Part shown: piece after piece, positions 10,087 through 21,900 of the stretch | Position numbering within the stretch: the stretch's first letter is position 1 | How the letters are laid out: the number at the start of each line of letters is the position of its first letter | Source of the DNA: a virus | Taxonomy: Duplodnaviria > Caudoviricetes | Length of the DNA: 64,000 nt | Virus record (IMG/VR): IMGVR_UViG_3300046167_000724 | Strand: one strand, 5' to 3' | Notes under the pieces: generated by a model | Told to the model about the DNA's origin: nothing | The model's database searches: none | What the model saw: the letters and a program-made list of their open reading frames with translations, nothing else | Translations under genes and position numbers: made by a program

Positions 10087-10355
10087 TGGGTTTATTTGAC
10101 GGTTTATATAAGTATAAAATACAAAAGAAATATGATTTAGTAAAGTCGATGAACGACAAAAAACTAAATCAAGGGCGTGATTATTCAACTGATTTGTTGA
10201 AGAATTCATTATCTAAACATATTCAAAGAAACTCAACACTGAATACGTTTATTGAATTTATACAAGATGCATTTGTTGAAAATGTAAAAACGGTTTCTAA
10301 ACTTAAAGTATGGAAAGCGTTTAGTGTTGATAAGGATAACTGGAGAATTAAATAA
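10086..10355 (+). CDS. Hypothetical protein in the baseplate operon
   Basis: 89 aa; overlaps its neighbours by single bases (TAATG junctions). Confidence 0.6.
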   Translation: MGLFDGLYKYKIQKKYDLVKSMNDKKLNQGRDYSTDLLKNSLSKHIQRNSTLNTFIEFIQDAFVENVKTVSKLKVWKAFSVDKDNWRIK

Positions 10356-13027
10356 TGAAATACGCAGGTCTTAGATTTTTTAATGGTAACAAGTCGGAGA
10401 TTCAATTAGATTACGATGTAACTAATGAAATCTACACAGGGTCACTTCACTTAGATGAGGTGTCTACTGGTTTATATGAGACTGCTACAATCTTTTTATT
10501 AGAAGAAGCTATTAATCAATATGGTGCACCTATAATGGTTAAGCCTATTGCTAATACTGTAGGTTCTATGTTTAAGGTTGAATTTGTTAAAGACGATATG
10601 TCTTCAAATGATATCAATTTACTTAGTGCTTCAATGGAAGCTGACGGTGAAATTTATGTTAGTAAAGAAGATAATCTTTTATTGGACCTTGAATCTAATG
10701 CTGTAATTACATCAACAACTGATGGTATTCACACGGTTACAGGTGCCGCTTCTAAAGAGGCCGTTCAATTTACTATAGCATTACACTCTGATGTAGATGC
10801 AGGTCATTACAGGTACCTTAAAATATACGATGTAGCTAATAATCATGTAGTTGCAAATATTTATGTATACGGTGAGACGGTTGGTGAAGATGAAAGACTT
10901 GGTGTATTACTTTCTAACTTAGGTGCAACACTTTCTAGTAAAGACCAAAGCATTTTTAAAGAGCATGATATCAATGAGGTTGGTACTGATTGGAAACTTA
11001 TGAATAGAAAGCGTAAAGAGCTTTTACTTGAGTTGTCTAATATCAAACCATTCATTGGAACTTATAAAGCAATTATTAATGCAATTAAATTCTTTGGTTA
11101 TAACAATATTACTATTAAAGAATATTGGTTAATGATTGATGATCGTTCACCCATGTTTGGTAAAATGAAAGCTATTGAGGTACCAAGTTCTAAAAAAGGA
11201 TTTGTAAGTAAAAGAGCTAATGTTGCATTACCTTCATCTTCATATAAGAAAACATCTAGGTTTGGTTTATACTATAAGTTAAATACACCAACTGGTACAT
11301 TTGACGAATGGGACGAACCCGAGACTGAAGAAGTATTTGATTTTACACCTGAGGATGTCTTAATTAAATTATATGGCCTTAAGAATAAATTACAAAAAGA
11401 GTACTTACCACTACACGCTAGAATTGTTGATATTATTGGAGAGGGTGATTTCTTCTCTTCTTACAATACAAACTTTTGGAACAATCAAAATCCAATTACG
11501 GAAATTGTAGCAGGTATAGATGCTTCTATTAAAATTGAACAGGATAATCTTTTTATCGAAGATTTAACTAAAGTTTCAGATTTATTTACAGGACCATCAC
11601 AAGACTTTTCTACTTTATCAATTGCTGATAAAGAGACATTATATAATGAGGTAACTGCGTTCTATGAAGATTATTATAATTCTGATAGAAGTACGTTTTC
11701 ATCTGACAATACTGATGTTGTTATTGGTGCACCCGTTCAATTAGAATGTACATCATTCCTTGAAACTTGGGACGATGCTACATTTACTTGGGACGACGCA
11801 GGTACATCTATTAATTGGTTAAACTGGTGGAAGCAAAACATTTATGAACTTAAATGGTACATTACAGGTCCACGTAACTATTCACAGACAATTATAGGTG
11901 ATGTTGATGACTATAGAAAGATTGTAGTTGCATTACCTTATAGTGGAACATACAGTGTTGTGTTTGAGCAAATTGATTTATTTAATAATGTAATGACTGT
12001 TCGCGAACTTGATTCAATTGAAGTTAAAATGAAATCAGTTGAAGTATACGGCGTGTATAGATGGAAAGATCAAAACACATATAACTGGGGTAAATCAAAC
12101 TTTAAATGGGCAAATGCAGGTGGTGATTGGAATTTCCCACAACAAAACGAAGATACAGTTGAAGACGAAATTGCATCACTATACTTATCACTTGATAGGG
12201 CTAATTATTTACATGATGATTCTAAAGGTATAAACTTTTCAATGGTTAGAAGATTTAAAGATACTACAACGTCTACTGGTTTTAATGAAACTACAGGTCC
12301 TTATTTTTGGAGAAACTTAAAAGACCACACTTGGAATGATGGTAAGCACACGTGGTGGGACGCTACAGTTGTAGGTGCCGATCAAAGTGCATCATTTAAA
12401 ATATTAAAAGCTAGAGGTGGTGCAACATTAAACATTGTACATTTTGATTACAATACAAATACTGAATTGACGGGTCAACATATCATGCAACAAGTGATTA
12501 ATGACCCATTAGATTTACAATCTTGGATTGATGTCGCGGCTAATTTAAATAACTCAACAGACCCTGTAATTAGTAAGTTTAATTACAACCCTATATTTGT
12601 AGATATAAATAATAATGGTATTGAAGATGAATGTCATGGTATTTTAGCCGTCGGTAAAGGTTATTCATATACATATGATTTTAAAACTGTTGGATTTTTA
12701 AATCCAACGGATGGTATTATTGATGGTGAATTACATTATATGCCTAATAATCCAACATATAACGATTTAAGAATTGCCGTTGACCATGTTGATATTGAAT
12801 TGTTAACACATATGACATTTTCAGCTGATAAGTCTAGAATGCCAGGTAAGTTATCTTATAATTGGAAACTTACAAACAACAGCCAAAATGGCGACGATAT
12901 ATACTACAATAGTAAGTGGTTAACATACCTCTTTAATATAAAGGGTGATTACACTCTTGAGCTTGAGGTCCAAGATGTTAACGGTAATACTAATAAGATA
13001 ACTAAAAACGCTTTAACAATTAAATAA
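10355..13027 (+). CDS. Large baseplate wedge protein (gp7/P2 gpI-like motif, PKD/Ig-like repeats)
   Basis: 'IKPFIGTYKAIINAIKFFGY' resembles the gpI/gp7 wedge motif; two 'Y..GxYSV.(F/L)E..D..(N/G)N' PKD-like ends; follows gp6. Confidence 0.5.
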   Translation: MKYAGLRFFNGNKSEIQLDYDVTNEIYTGSLHLDEVSTGLYETATIFLLEEAINQYGAPIMVKPIANTVGSMFKVEFVKDDMSSNDINLLSASMEADGEIYVSKEDNLLLDLESNAVITSTTDGIHTVTGAASKEAVQFTIALHSDVDAGHYRYLKIYDVANNHVVANIYVYGETVGEDERLGVLLSNLGATLSSKDQSIFKEHDINEVGTDWKLMNRKRKELLLELSNIKPFIGTYKAIINAIKFFGYNNITIKEYWLMIDDRSPMFGKMKAIEVPSSKKGFVSKRANVALPSSSYKKTSRFGLYYKLNTPTGTFDEWDEPETEEVFDFTPEDVLIKLYGLKNKLQKEYLPLHARIVDIIGEGDFFSSYNTNFWNNQNPITEIVAGIDASIKIEQDNLFIEDLTKVSDLFTGPSQDFSTLSIADKETLYNEVTAFYEDYYNSDRSTFSSDNTDVVIGAPVQLECTSFLETWDDATFTWDDAGTSINWLNWWKQNIYELKWYITGPRNYSQTIIGDVDDYRKIVVALPYSGTYSVVFEQIDLFNNVMTVRELDSIEVKMKSVEVYGVYRWKDQNTYNWGKSNFKWANAGGDWNFPQQNEDTVEDEIASLYLSLDRANYLHDDSKGINFSMVRRFKDTTTSTGFNETTGPYFWRNLKDHTWNDGKHTWWDATVVGADQSASFKILKARGGATLNIVHFDYNTNTELTGQHIMQQVINDPLDLQSWIDVAANLNNSTDPVISKFNYNPIFVDINNNGIEDECHGILAVGKGYSYTYDFKTVGFLNPTDGIIDGELHYMPNNPTYNDLRIAVDHVDIELLTHMTFSADKSRMPGKLSYNWKLTNNSQNGDDIYYNSKWLTYLFNIKGDYTLELEVQDVNGNTNKITKNALTIK

Positions 13028-13038
13028 AAACATAAAAA

Positions 13039-13566
13039 ATGGCAACCATTACAACAATTCAAGGTACGGACAGCCTTTCTGCTTCTAGACAAACACTTAA
13101 TGACAACTTTTCAGCTATTGCAACTGATCTGAATGACATTGATGCTTTATTAAGTATTAACAATAGTACACTAGATGTAACGTCTGCGACTATTGCTTCT
13201 GCAACTATTGGTGGTAGTACTATTGCAACAACCGGTAATATTTTTGTAGCTAATTCTCAATTTGATGGCAAAGTAACGCTTAACGGCGGTATTGTGTATG
13301 ATACTGAAACGGTACTTACACTTCCTAGTGCCCTTGGATGGAATTCTACAACATATATGGTACAAGCTGCTAATGCTACTTTAAGCGCGGCAACTGATGG
13401 TCAAGAGATTACGCTAATTGCTGATTTTGCTGGAACTGTTACCGTAGATGCTACTATGGTTGCGGGTGCATCATCTATTGATCTTGCACAGTACGGTACA
13501 CTAACACTTAGATATGTAGGGACTAGCTGGTATATTATCGGTTCATTCCTAGCGACTATTGCATAA
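13039..13566 (+). CDS. Putative small virion fibre/baseplate protein
   Basis: 175 aa, A/T-rich; begins 'MATITTIQGTDSLSASRQTLNDNF' and ends 'LTLRYVGTSWYIIG', typical fibre-type termini. Confidence 0.45.
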   Translation: MATITTIQGTDSLSASRQTLNDNFSAIATDLNDIDALLSINNSTLDVTSATIASATIGGSTIATTGNIFVANSQFDGKVTLNGGIVYDTETVLTLPSALGWNSTTYMVQAANATLSAATDGQEITLIADFAGTVTVDATMVAGASSIDLAQYGTLTLRYVGTSWYIIGSFLATIA

Positions 13567-13586
13567 TAAAAAGATTTAAAGATTAA

Positions 13587-15470
13587 ATGGCAACACCATT
13601 AGTAAGAACTGTTCAAGAGCAGGGTGGTACAATGTACACCTTTGCGTCAGCTGCTAGAGATTTAACTAGAGCACAGGGAGACCCAGACTTAAAGTTTGAG
13701 TTTTCTCATTATGCCCTATTAGACCTACCAGAAGTAAATTTAAGTGCAACAAGTAATTCTTTCAAGTGGGACAGGCTATATGAGGGTGCCGCACCATGGA
13801 CTCCAAGTATTGATGATAATCAAAACTGGGCAACCGCGTTTCAAAATTATGCGCTTAACCTAGAAGAAATCATTAGAAATGATGATGACTTTGATCCTGT
13901 AATTTATCAAAGTGATGCCGAAAGACTTTTCTTTAAATTTCTATCAACAGTTGATGTTTTAAGAACTAGAACAGCAACATCTACTGAAGCTGTTTCATCT
14001 ATCGGTAGATATACTGAACTAGATAACACAGCGGGTACTGGTGCTGATTATGAAAAAGTAATTAAATATGTTGGTACTGTTGATGTTATCAATGATAAAA
14101 ATTACTCGGCAAACACATATCAAGAGGTATTTGTAAATGTACCTTCATCTGTTGGTTATACGCCAACCGTATTATTAAAAGAAGATACTTACAATACAAC
14201 TAGTTTAACATTAACACCGGGTGGTACGATTGAAGGTAGATCAACACACCCTACTGGTTTAAGTATTGCATCACTACATGATATTGATGGTGTTAATCCA
14301 GTATATGATATTAATACAAATACAGCACCTGCGGTTGGTATTGATTTTGATGAAGCAAACTACTATGCTGTAAATATTGACTCATCAATTAATACATTAC
14401 ACGACCTTTCACAAAAAGGTGGTAACTTTAAGTTTAACGCGGTACTTGTTTACTATGATTTATATTCACAGTCAAATCCAGGTAACAGAGCTACAAACTT
14501 ATATGGTGTTCTTTTATTAGACAACTTTACTGATGGTAATATTAGAGAGCTTATTAAGTATAAGCCAAACGCAATTACTGGTTTAAATGGTAATGCATTC
14601 TCTTTAAAGCTAAACCTTAAATACAATACGTCTCTTGATAATGTTGGTGTTGAAAATACAATCAATGACTTTACAACATTCTCAATGGATCTTTTCTTTG
14701 ATACAACTACTGTATTAGAGAATGCTACAAAACTATTACTACAAGCAAATTCAAGATATGACGGTATTGCTAATAGGTTAGATGTCATGGAGAACATGAT
14801 TCTATCTTCTGAGGATGCTCAAGAAATGTCTAACACGATAGCGGACCTTGAAACACAAATACAAAATGCATCTTTAAATTATGCTGATGAAGCTTCACTG
14901 CTTGATATGATTACTGATATCAATAGAAGACTTAACAGTATTATTAATGGTACTATACCAACAGAAGTTCAATACAATACAAACGTTATCTTTGATGGTG
15001 TGGGTACTAAAGTTGATAAATCAACGCCTAATAAAATCAAAATCAATAACGACGTTCAGGGTTACAGATTATTAAACATGCTTGAATGGAATAATGTTAA
15101 TTTAGAATCAGGTAATAAACTAGTTGAATATGATGCATCTAATGCTTCAGCAACTGGCATTTACGTTAGACTTAAAGCATTTGAAAATATGGTAAGAGTA
15201 CCATTATCAAATGGGGTGTCTAATAATAATATAAATATATACATAGATGATAGTACGACATCATGGAAAGACGGTCAATCACTTAAGTTGGTTTTTGATA
15301 ATACTCTAGACATGAACGACTATAACATCGTTTTTTATACAAACAAAAACAATGGGTGGGAGCAGATTAAGCAAGTTGCTAATACTGAACTAAGAGGTGG
15401 TAAACCTTACATTGAGCTTGTGTGTACAAACCAAGTAACATTAACGTTCGTAGCAGACGTATTAAGATAA
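13587..15470 (+). CDS. Hypothetical structural protein
   Basis: 627 aa, in the structural operon; central coiled-coil segment. Confidence 0.5.
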   Translation: MATPLVRTVQEQGGTMYTFASAARDLTRAQGDPDLKFEFSHYALLDLPEVNLSATSNSFKWDRLYEGAAPWTPSIDDNQNWATAFQNYALNLEEIIRNDDDFDPVIYQSDAERLFFKFLSTVDVLRTRTATSTEAVSSIGRYTELDNTAGTGADYEKVIKYVGTVDVINDKNYSANTYQEVFVNVPSSVGYTPTVLLKEDTYNTTSLTLTPGGTIEGRSTHPTGLSIASLHDIDGVNPVYDINTNTAPAVGIDFDEANYYAVNIDSSINTLHDLSQKGGNFKFNAVLVYYDLYSQSNPGNRATNLYGVLLLDNFTDGNIRELIKYKPNAITGLNGNAFSLKLNLKYNTSLDNVGVENTINDFTTFSMDLFFDTTTVLENATKLLLQANSRYDGIANRLDVMENMILSSEDAQEMSNTIADLETQIQNASLNYADEASLLDMITDINRRLNSIINGTIPTEVQYNTNVIFDGVGTKVDKSTPNKIKINNDVQGYRLLNMLEWNNVNLESGNKLVEYDASNASATGIYVRLKAFENMVRVPLSNGVSNNNINIYIDDSTTSWKDGQSLKLVFDNTLDMNDYNIVFYTNKNNGWEQIKQVANTELRGGKPYIELVCTNQVTLTFVADVLR

Positions 15471-15471
15471 G

Positions 15472-18400
15472 ATGGCAAATAATAGTATATCACAAATTAT
15501 CAGACAGTTTCTGGAAATGAACCAGAACTCTATAGAAAACTTTGAAAAGATTTCTGAGGCAATAACAACTGATAAAAAGACGGTTTCATTAGACCTATTT
15601 GACGAGCAAGGTAACCTTAAGACGGTTCAAGTGCCTGCGTTTGGTTATTTGAAAAGAGAGATTGAAAGACTAGATACAAACTTCAAGTCTTTATCTGGAC
15701 TTTCGTCGGGTGATGCTACTGTTAAAATGCCAGATGGTACATTTAGACAAATTACTAAATCTAAATTAAAGACACCGGCAAAGTCTGTAACTTCAATTTC
15801 AGCGCCGACTACTTTTGTTACTAAGACAAATAACTTTTTTGAATCATTCCTAAACCCACTACTTCAAGTTCAACTTGATGTAAACGGTCAAGTACCGACT
15901 AATACTGAAAAGATTAAATTAGCAAGGTATATCATTGATTCTAATGATGCTAACTCCGTGGACTGGTTCGATACTAATATTAAAGGTACGGACACGTTAG
16001 AGGTTAATCAAATGCTTTCTGACTTTGCCACAAACAACATTAGATATATTGTTGATGAAGAAGTTATTGATGCTCCGGTTAGGTCATCACAATACAATGG
16101 CGGGTTTGACGTTTCTAAAATTAGAACAACTCAAAGAAATATTACAGTTGATGGTGTTACTCAAACTAAAACAATAAAACTTTATACGGTTAATACTTTT
16201 AGTTATAACGATGCTGAAAAAACAATGACTGAAACAGAGTCATTAAAAGTAGGTGATGAAGTATTAGTTAACTCTGGTAACAACTCAACTAAATATAGAG
16301 TCGTTTCTTTAAATGCAGATACACTTGAGGTTGAGCTACTTCTATTAGAGGGTTATGAATCTGTAAAGGTTGGCCTTAATCAATTAAAGATATACAAGGG
16401 TAAAGAAGCATATGATGCGATTGATATTGCTGTAGGCTTTGACGAAAGAATGGTTGCATTCATTAAGCCGGTTGATGCTGAATCAAACCTAGAAGCTGAA
16501 CAATGGTCACCAGGTACTGCTTTTTATACAAATGATTTAATCATTACTAAAGAAGATGGTGAAGTTCAAACTTTAGCTAATTTCTATAAAGATGAGGTTG
16601 CTGACTTTGGTCAAATGATTAAAGCACTTAAAGAAGATTCAATACCACCTTCAACATTAGGTGTTACACCAGATGCACCAACTCTAGAGCCAAGTAATTT
16701 CAAAGTAGCACAGGTTAATACACACCTTACTGAAAGTGAAACATTCAATAAAATCAAATCACTTAATGCTAATAAGGTTTCAGCAGAAAGTTCAATTAAA
16801 AGATTTGATGAAGATATTACATCTAAAAAAGCGGCGATTGCTACTAAAAAATATTCGTCGGCTGTAGAAAAAGATAGAGATAGTAATGAGCTTATAAACT
16901 TAATTAATCAAAGAACTGCAGAATCAAATCTGTATACTTCTATGGTTAGTGAGATTAAGACTATTGCTGAAACAACAAATATAAGTAACATTGCGCCTAA
17001 ATATAGGGTAAGAGGTTTCTGGAAGATTCCTGATGCTAAATTAGCTGCAGATACTTTACCACAAAAAATTGTTCAATTTAAAGTTCAATACAGGTACTTA
17101 TCAACTGATGGTACACCTGCTAAATCTGAACAAATAGAATTAGGCACTGATGGTGTTACAGGTTCATTCTCAAATTGGACTGAAGTTGACGGTAAGGTAA
17201 GAAAAAGATCAAAAGACCCAGTAACTGGTAAATACTTTTGGGAAGCTGAAAATGTTGAAAACAGCCAAGAGATTAATATTAATCAACTTAACATACCTAT
17301 TCAAGCTGGTGAAACTGTTGAGTTTAGAGTTAAATCTATTTCTGAGGCTGGTTGGCCATCAAATCCATTAGAATCAGAATGGTCTGAAATTGTAAGGGTA
17401 CCATTCCCTAATGGTTTAGTGTCAACTAATTCAATCGTTAACTTAGTTGATTCAAATACATCTGAGATTGCTAAAGTTAAACTTATGGAGGAATTACAAA
17501 GTGTTGGTATATACAAACACGTAAATGATTCTTTTTCAGTTGGCGACAAATATTTTGCACACACGGCCGCTAGTATAACATCTGGTTTTGTAACTGATGA
17601 ACAAGTACCTATTTCTATTTATGATAAGCTTCTTGCAATGCAATTAGAGATTGATACGTTAAAAGCTAAAATTGAAGCAACACTGGGTGAACTAGTTGTA
17701 AAACTTCAAAAAGAAGATGGCACAACTGAAACACTTCAAAATAATACGGTTAAGTCAATCTTCGCAGGATTCTATACTGATGAAGTTTCAAACCTAGATG
17801 TTAAGAAAGGTCATATTGTAACTAAAACTTTTAAACTAATACTTGAAAATTCTAAAGCAACGCCACTAGAGCTTGTGTCTAGGATTAGCGGTGATAGAAA
17901 TAAAGTAGCATACAACTCATCAGATAGTACAAATAACGGTTTTGGTGTTGCACCAAATGCTACGGCAGATACTTTTGTTGCGGGTGATTCATATTATAAA
18001 ATTAATGGTAAATATGATTTAGTACCTACATTATATCAAAATACAACATCTGCGGATTTAACACAAACATATTTTAATGAAGCACCGTACCAATCTGGCC
18101 AACTAAGAGGTCAGTATGCGTATTCTAGATTTAAAAACATTGCTAATGATGCTGAATTATATGTAACTAATGATATTAATACGTCCGACAATTCTGGTAA
18201 TTTATTATGGGAATATTCAGTTCCATCATTAAGCGAGTACAGCGGTATTGGTGTTGATGCATCTGGTTACATATTTAAGGGTACTTGGAGTAATCCGTCA
18301 GCTAATGTGTATACACCTGAAGCTGGTAATATTGTTGGTTTTAATACCGCCGGTATTGATTATAACAGTAGTGTGCTTTTACATATTGAACATCCTGAAT

Positions 18401-18873
18401 TAAATAAAAATAATAATGTTTATTCAGATGTTAAATCAACAATAGCGCATGCTAAAACATTAAATGTTAACGGTCAACAAACTGCATATTATTATGATGC
18501 AACATTAGATAGAACTGTTAAAATGGCCTTTGAACCAAATGACCAGTATTTATTAGGTGGTAATTCATGTGGTGCTTACTTATTTATGTCACCGTTATCG
18601 ATTGACCAATTAAAGGTTGATGCTGATAATACATCCGGTAAATATATTATTGGTATGGGCGGTGGCAATGGTGTTTCTATTGATATTAGCTTCCAGTATA
18701 GAATGACAGATTATTCTGGTAGCGCCGTTTCAGGTGTTGGTTATATAGGTGGAAATAAAGATGGTTTATACAGTAACTTAACTTATTCCAAAAGAATTGG
18801 TATTGATCTATTTGACAGTTATGATAATCAATTTTCAATTGACTTAGAAGTCTTTGCGAAGTATAAGCCTTAA
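15472..18873 (+). CDS. Large hypothetical structural protein (coiled-coil and FN3-like segments)
   Basis: 1133 aa; 'VEFRVKSISEAGWPSNPLESEWSE' is FN3-like; contiguous with structural genes. Confidence 0.5.
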   Translation: MANNSISQIIRQFLEMNQNSIENFEKISEAITTDKKTVSLDLFDEQGNLKTVQVPAFGYLKREIERLDTNFKSLSGLSSGDATVKMPDGTFRQITKSKLKTPAKSVTSISAPTTFVTKTNNFFESFLNPLLQVQLDVNGQVPTNTEKIKLARYIIDSNDANSVDWFDTNIKGTDTLEVNQMLSDFATNNIRYIVDEEVIDAPVRSSQYNGGFDVSKIRTTQRNITVDGVTQTKTIKLYTVNTFSYNDAEKTMTETESLKVGDEVLVNSGNNSTKYRVVSLNADTLEVELLLLEGYESVKVGLNQLKIYKGKEAYDAIDIAVGFDERMVAFIKPVDAESNLEAEQWSPGTAFYTNDLIITKEDGEVQTLANFYKDEVADFGQMIKALKEDSIPPSTLGVTPDAPTLEPSNFKVAQVNTHLTESETFNKIKSLNANKVSAESSIKRFDEDITSKKAAIATKKYSSAVEKDRDSNELINLINQRTAESNLYTSMVSEIKTIAETTNISNIAPKYRVRGFWKIPDAKLAADTLPQKIVQFKVQYRYLSTDGTPAKSEQIELGTDGVTGSFSNWTEVDGKVRKRSKDPVTGKYFWEAENVENSQEININQLNIPIQAGETVEFRVKSISEAGWPSNPLESEWSEIVRVPFPNGLVSTNSIVNLVDSNTSEIAKVKLMEELQSVGIYKHVNDSFSVGDKYFAHTAASITSGFVTDEQVPISIYDKLLAMQLEIDTLKAKIEATLGELVVKLQKEDGTTETLQNNTVKSIFAGFYTDEVSNLDVKKGHIVTKTFKLILENSKATPLELVSRISGDRNKVAYNSSDSTNNGFGVAPNATADTFVAGDSYYKINGKYDLVPTLYQNTTSADLTQTYFNEAPYQSGQLRGQYAYSRFKNIANDAELYVTNDINTSDNSGNLLWEYSVPSLSEYSGIGVDASGYIFKGTWSNPSANVYTPEAGNIVGFNTAGIDYNSSVLLHIEHPELNKNNNVYSDVKSTIAHAKTLNVNGQQTAYYYDATLDRTVKMAFEPNDQYLLGGNSCGAYLFMSPLSIDQLKVDADNTSGKYIIGMGGGNGVSIDISFQYRMTDYSGSAVSGVGYIGGNKDGLYSNLTYSKRIGIDLFDSYDNQFSIDLEVFAKYKP

Positions 18874-18882
18874 ATTATTCTA

Positions 18883-18890
18883 GATATATA
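18883..18890 (+). promoter_or_regulatory. Putative late promoter GATATATA (a TATAAATA follows at 18902-18909)
   Basis: Intergenic, upstream of ATG 18922. Confidence 0.55.
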
Positions 18891-18921
18891 AGTCAAGTAC
18901 TTATAAATATATCATAGATTA

Positions 18922-21900
18922 ATGGCTACAATCAACTTTGATGCTAATAAAAATTCTATTGAGGGTAAGAGTCAGGTAATATTAAGAACCAATCCAGCTC
19001 TTTCTTCAAATGTTAAACTCGTCGTTGACTCGTCGGGTGACATTTTTTTAGATAGCTTTAGCGCTAATAAAACTCTTAGTAACCAAAAGTACAAGAGATA
19101 TTCTATTGACCCAAGTGGACATTATGCATATGACCTTGCGGCGTATTATAAAAACACACCATTAGAACTTGTATATGAACCTCTTAGGAGAGATTCAGAC
19201 ACTTCAGTATATAAACTATACAATAAGCAATACGAAGAACAATATAACTATGGTGCTCGCCTAAATAGCTCTAATATCTATAGTGAGAACATTAGATTTA
19301 TGGCACCGCTTAAAATCGATAAAGTACTTCCAGAATATTTTGTAATCTATAGAATTGAAGAACCTGTTTCTGATAGTGTATTAACCGATGAATTAAGTAA
19401 TATAAATACTAGGTTAGTTGATATGTTGTCTAATGCTACTATTGTCAAAACATTTGACCTTAGACCTAAAAGCAAAATAGGACAGTATTTAAATACATTC
19501 GCAAACAACACTGAAAAACCAATAGCACCATTAACATTTTCTTTTGAAAAGAATGAAAAGACGTTATGGAATGGTATTGATTTAGTTAAAGGTGGTTTCG
19601 CATCTAAGGGTGAATATGTTTCAGATAATTTTATTAAAACAGATAACCTTGAAATATTAAACAATCAATTTATAACAGACGGCTTTAAAAGAAATTCACT
19701 TGTTAGTGCAGATGTTATTAATCTGGAATTTTTATTTGAAGATTTTGATAACGCATATGATGTAAACAGATATATTGGAATTTATGTTAATGAACATGAA
19801 GAGGGTTCGTTTAAGCATACTGATTATAGAAAAGATGTACTCTACTTTGATAATTCAACTGTAGAAACTAATTTTGATTTAACTGGAACGTCACTAACAG
19901 CTATTAATATGTTGCCGTATGATGAATTAGATTTACCTATTTTACAATGGGTTAAATTTAATAATGGTTTTGGTCACGTTAAGAATCTTAAATCAACTGA
20001 CGGTGTTGTAAGTGGCCAATTTAATGTCGCTGCATTTAATGTAAATTCAACCGACAAGTTTATTAAGAAAAATGATACTTTAAATATATCAGGTATCATT
20101 GATGATAATCGAGACTTTATAAAATTATCAGTTGTTGAAAGACCAGATTCTTCAGAACATATTATATTAGCGGCTACTAACGAAGTTAAAGCTAGTGGTA
20201 ATATTGAGTTATTTAAAATATATGCGGATTCAGCGTTGCCCGCTGGTACACATGATGGTTTAAAATATTCAAACAACGGTTCACTTGAACAAATTACATT
20301 TGCACTTAGAAATGCAATGAATAGTATTTTAGATTCTGAATTTAAAATAAGTTTAGATAAAACTAACATTATTATAAGTAATTATATTTCTGGCAATCGT
20401 GTTGGGAATGCATTTTTAGCTATCAAAAATGATGGTGTTACAGTACCCACATATTTAAATATTGAAACTAGCTTATTAAATCCAGATATTGATTTAACAT
20501 TTATAAGCCCAAGTTTTGATACTGATTATACAATACATGGTATGGTTGGTGGCTCTGCAATTGGAAATTCTTTATTAATAGAGTTTGAAGAGATTGGTGA
20601 TTTAAGTGGTGATACTTATATTAAATCAGGTAATACTTTTGCAAAGGTTATTGAAGTAGTTGCGGACCCTGTATTTGATAATAAATATAGAGTTTGTGTT
20701 GATAAATCAATTGACGCAATAAATGTACAAGATTCTAGTTTAAGTTTATGGATAGAGAACAAGGTTGCGTTTGGTAAGTTTGAAGCTTTTGATTTTGTTG
20801 ATTTTGATTTTGATTTCTTTTCAACAATGCATTCAAAACTTAAAGAACTGCAATATGAAGATGTAGACTCGGGCGTAAATACCGATTATGTTGATAATCT
20901 TAATGACTTCAATACTCCATCGTTTAATTTCTTTAAAGGTCTTGAAAATATCAAACAGGAAGTTACAATAACATCTTCTGGTGTATCTAAAATTTATTCT
21001 GAATATGATAGACTACAAGAAAACTATATAAAAGAATTAGCACTAACTTCTAGAATTATACCTACTATAAATAAGTGGAGATATTTAGATGGTGTAAACG
21101 TTAGAGAAAATCCATATATGCTTTCAATGAGTGAAGCTTTTGGTAAAACTAATTTTGCACCTAATATAAAGATTGATGGCGCTAATGCAGACGCTATGAC
21201 ACATGAGTGGTACTATATTTATGGACACCCTAATTATTATGATGCAACTGATCCTTTACAAAAATCAAACGCTTTAGATTTTATAAAAAGTAATTATTCG
21301 TATTTACAACCAGAGTTAAGCATTGAATTAGATGCTTCAAAATTAATGGATATTAATAATGATTGGTTTAATAGTTTATTTGTATATGATGGTTTTGATA
21401 TTGCGGGTGTTGGTTTTGCGCCAGCTGTAATAACTAAAAAATATACTACCTTTGTAAAGGGTTCTGTTAATGCGCCTGCTGAAACTATGTTTAGAGGTCT
21501 TAAGGTTAAAGCCTTTGCAAGAAAAGAGTTTACAGAACTTAATCCTAAAAACTTAATTAACACAGCTGAGTTTAACGACTATAAGTTTAGCGCTGTCTTA
21601 AATTATAAAGCTAATCAAAGTGTAGATGACTCAACTATTAAAGTTATTCAAAATAAAGAATTTAAAACTATTACAATTTATATTGAAGTTTTAACAACCG
21701 AACAAAATGCACTTTTTGTTAATAGAAAATTATTATATCATTTAAAAAGCTTTTCTGATAGTTCTGGTGATTTATCGGATACTAAAATAAATGGTTATTT
21801 AGATTTTAGTGTTCAATTAGATAATGATCCAAAAACCATAAACGTAACGGGTGTTGGTGTTGATTTTATAAAAGACATTCAAATAAACGAAGACGGTGGT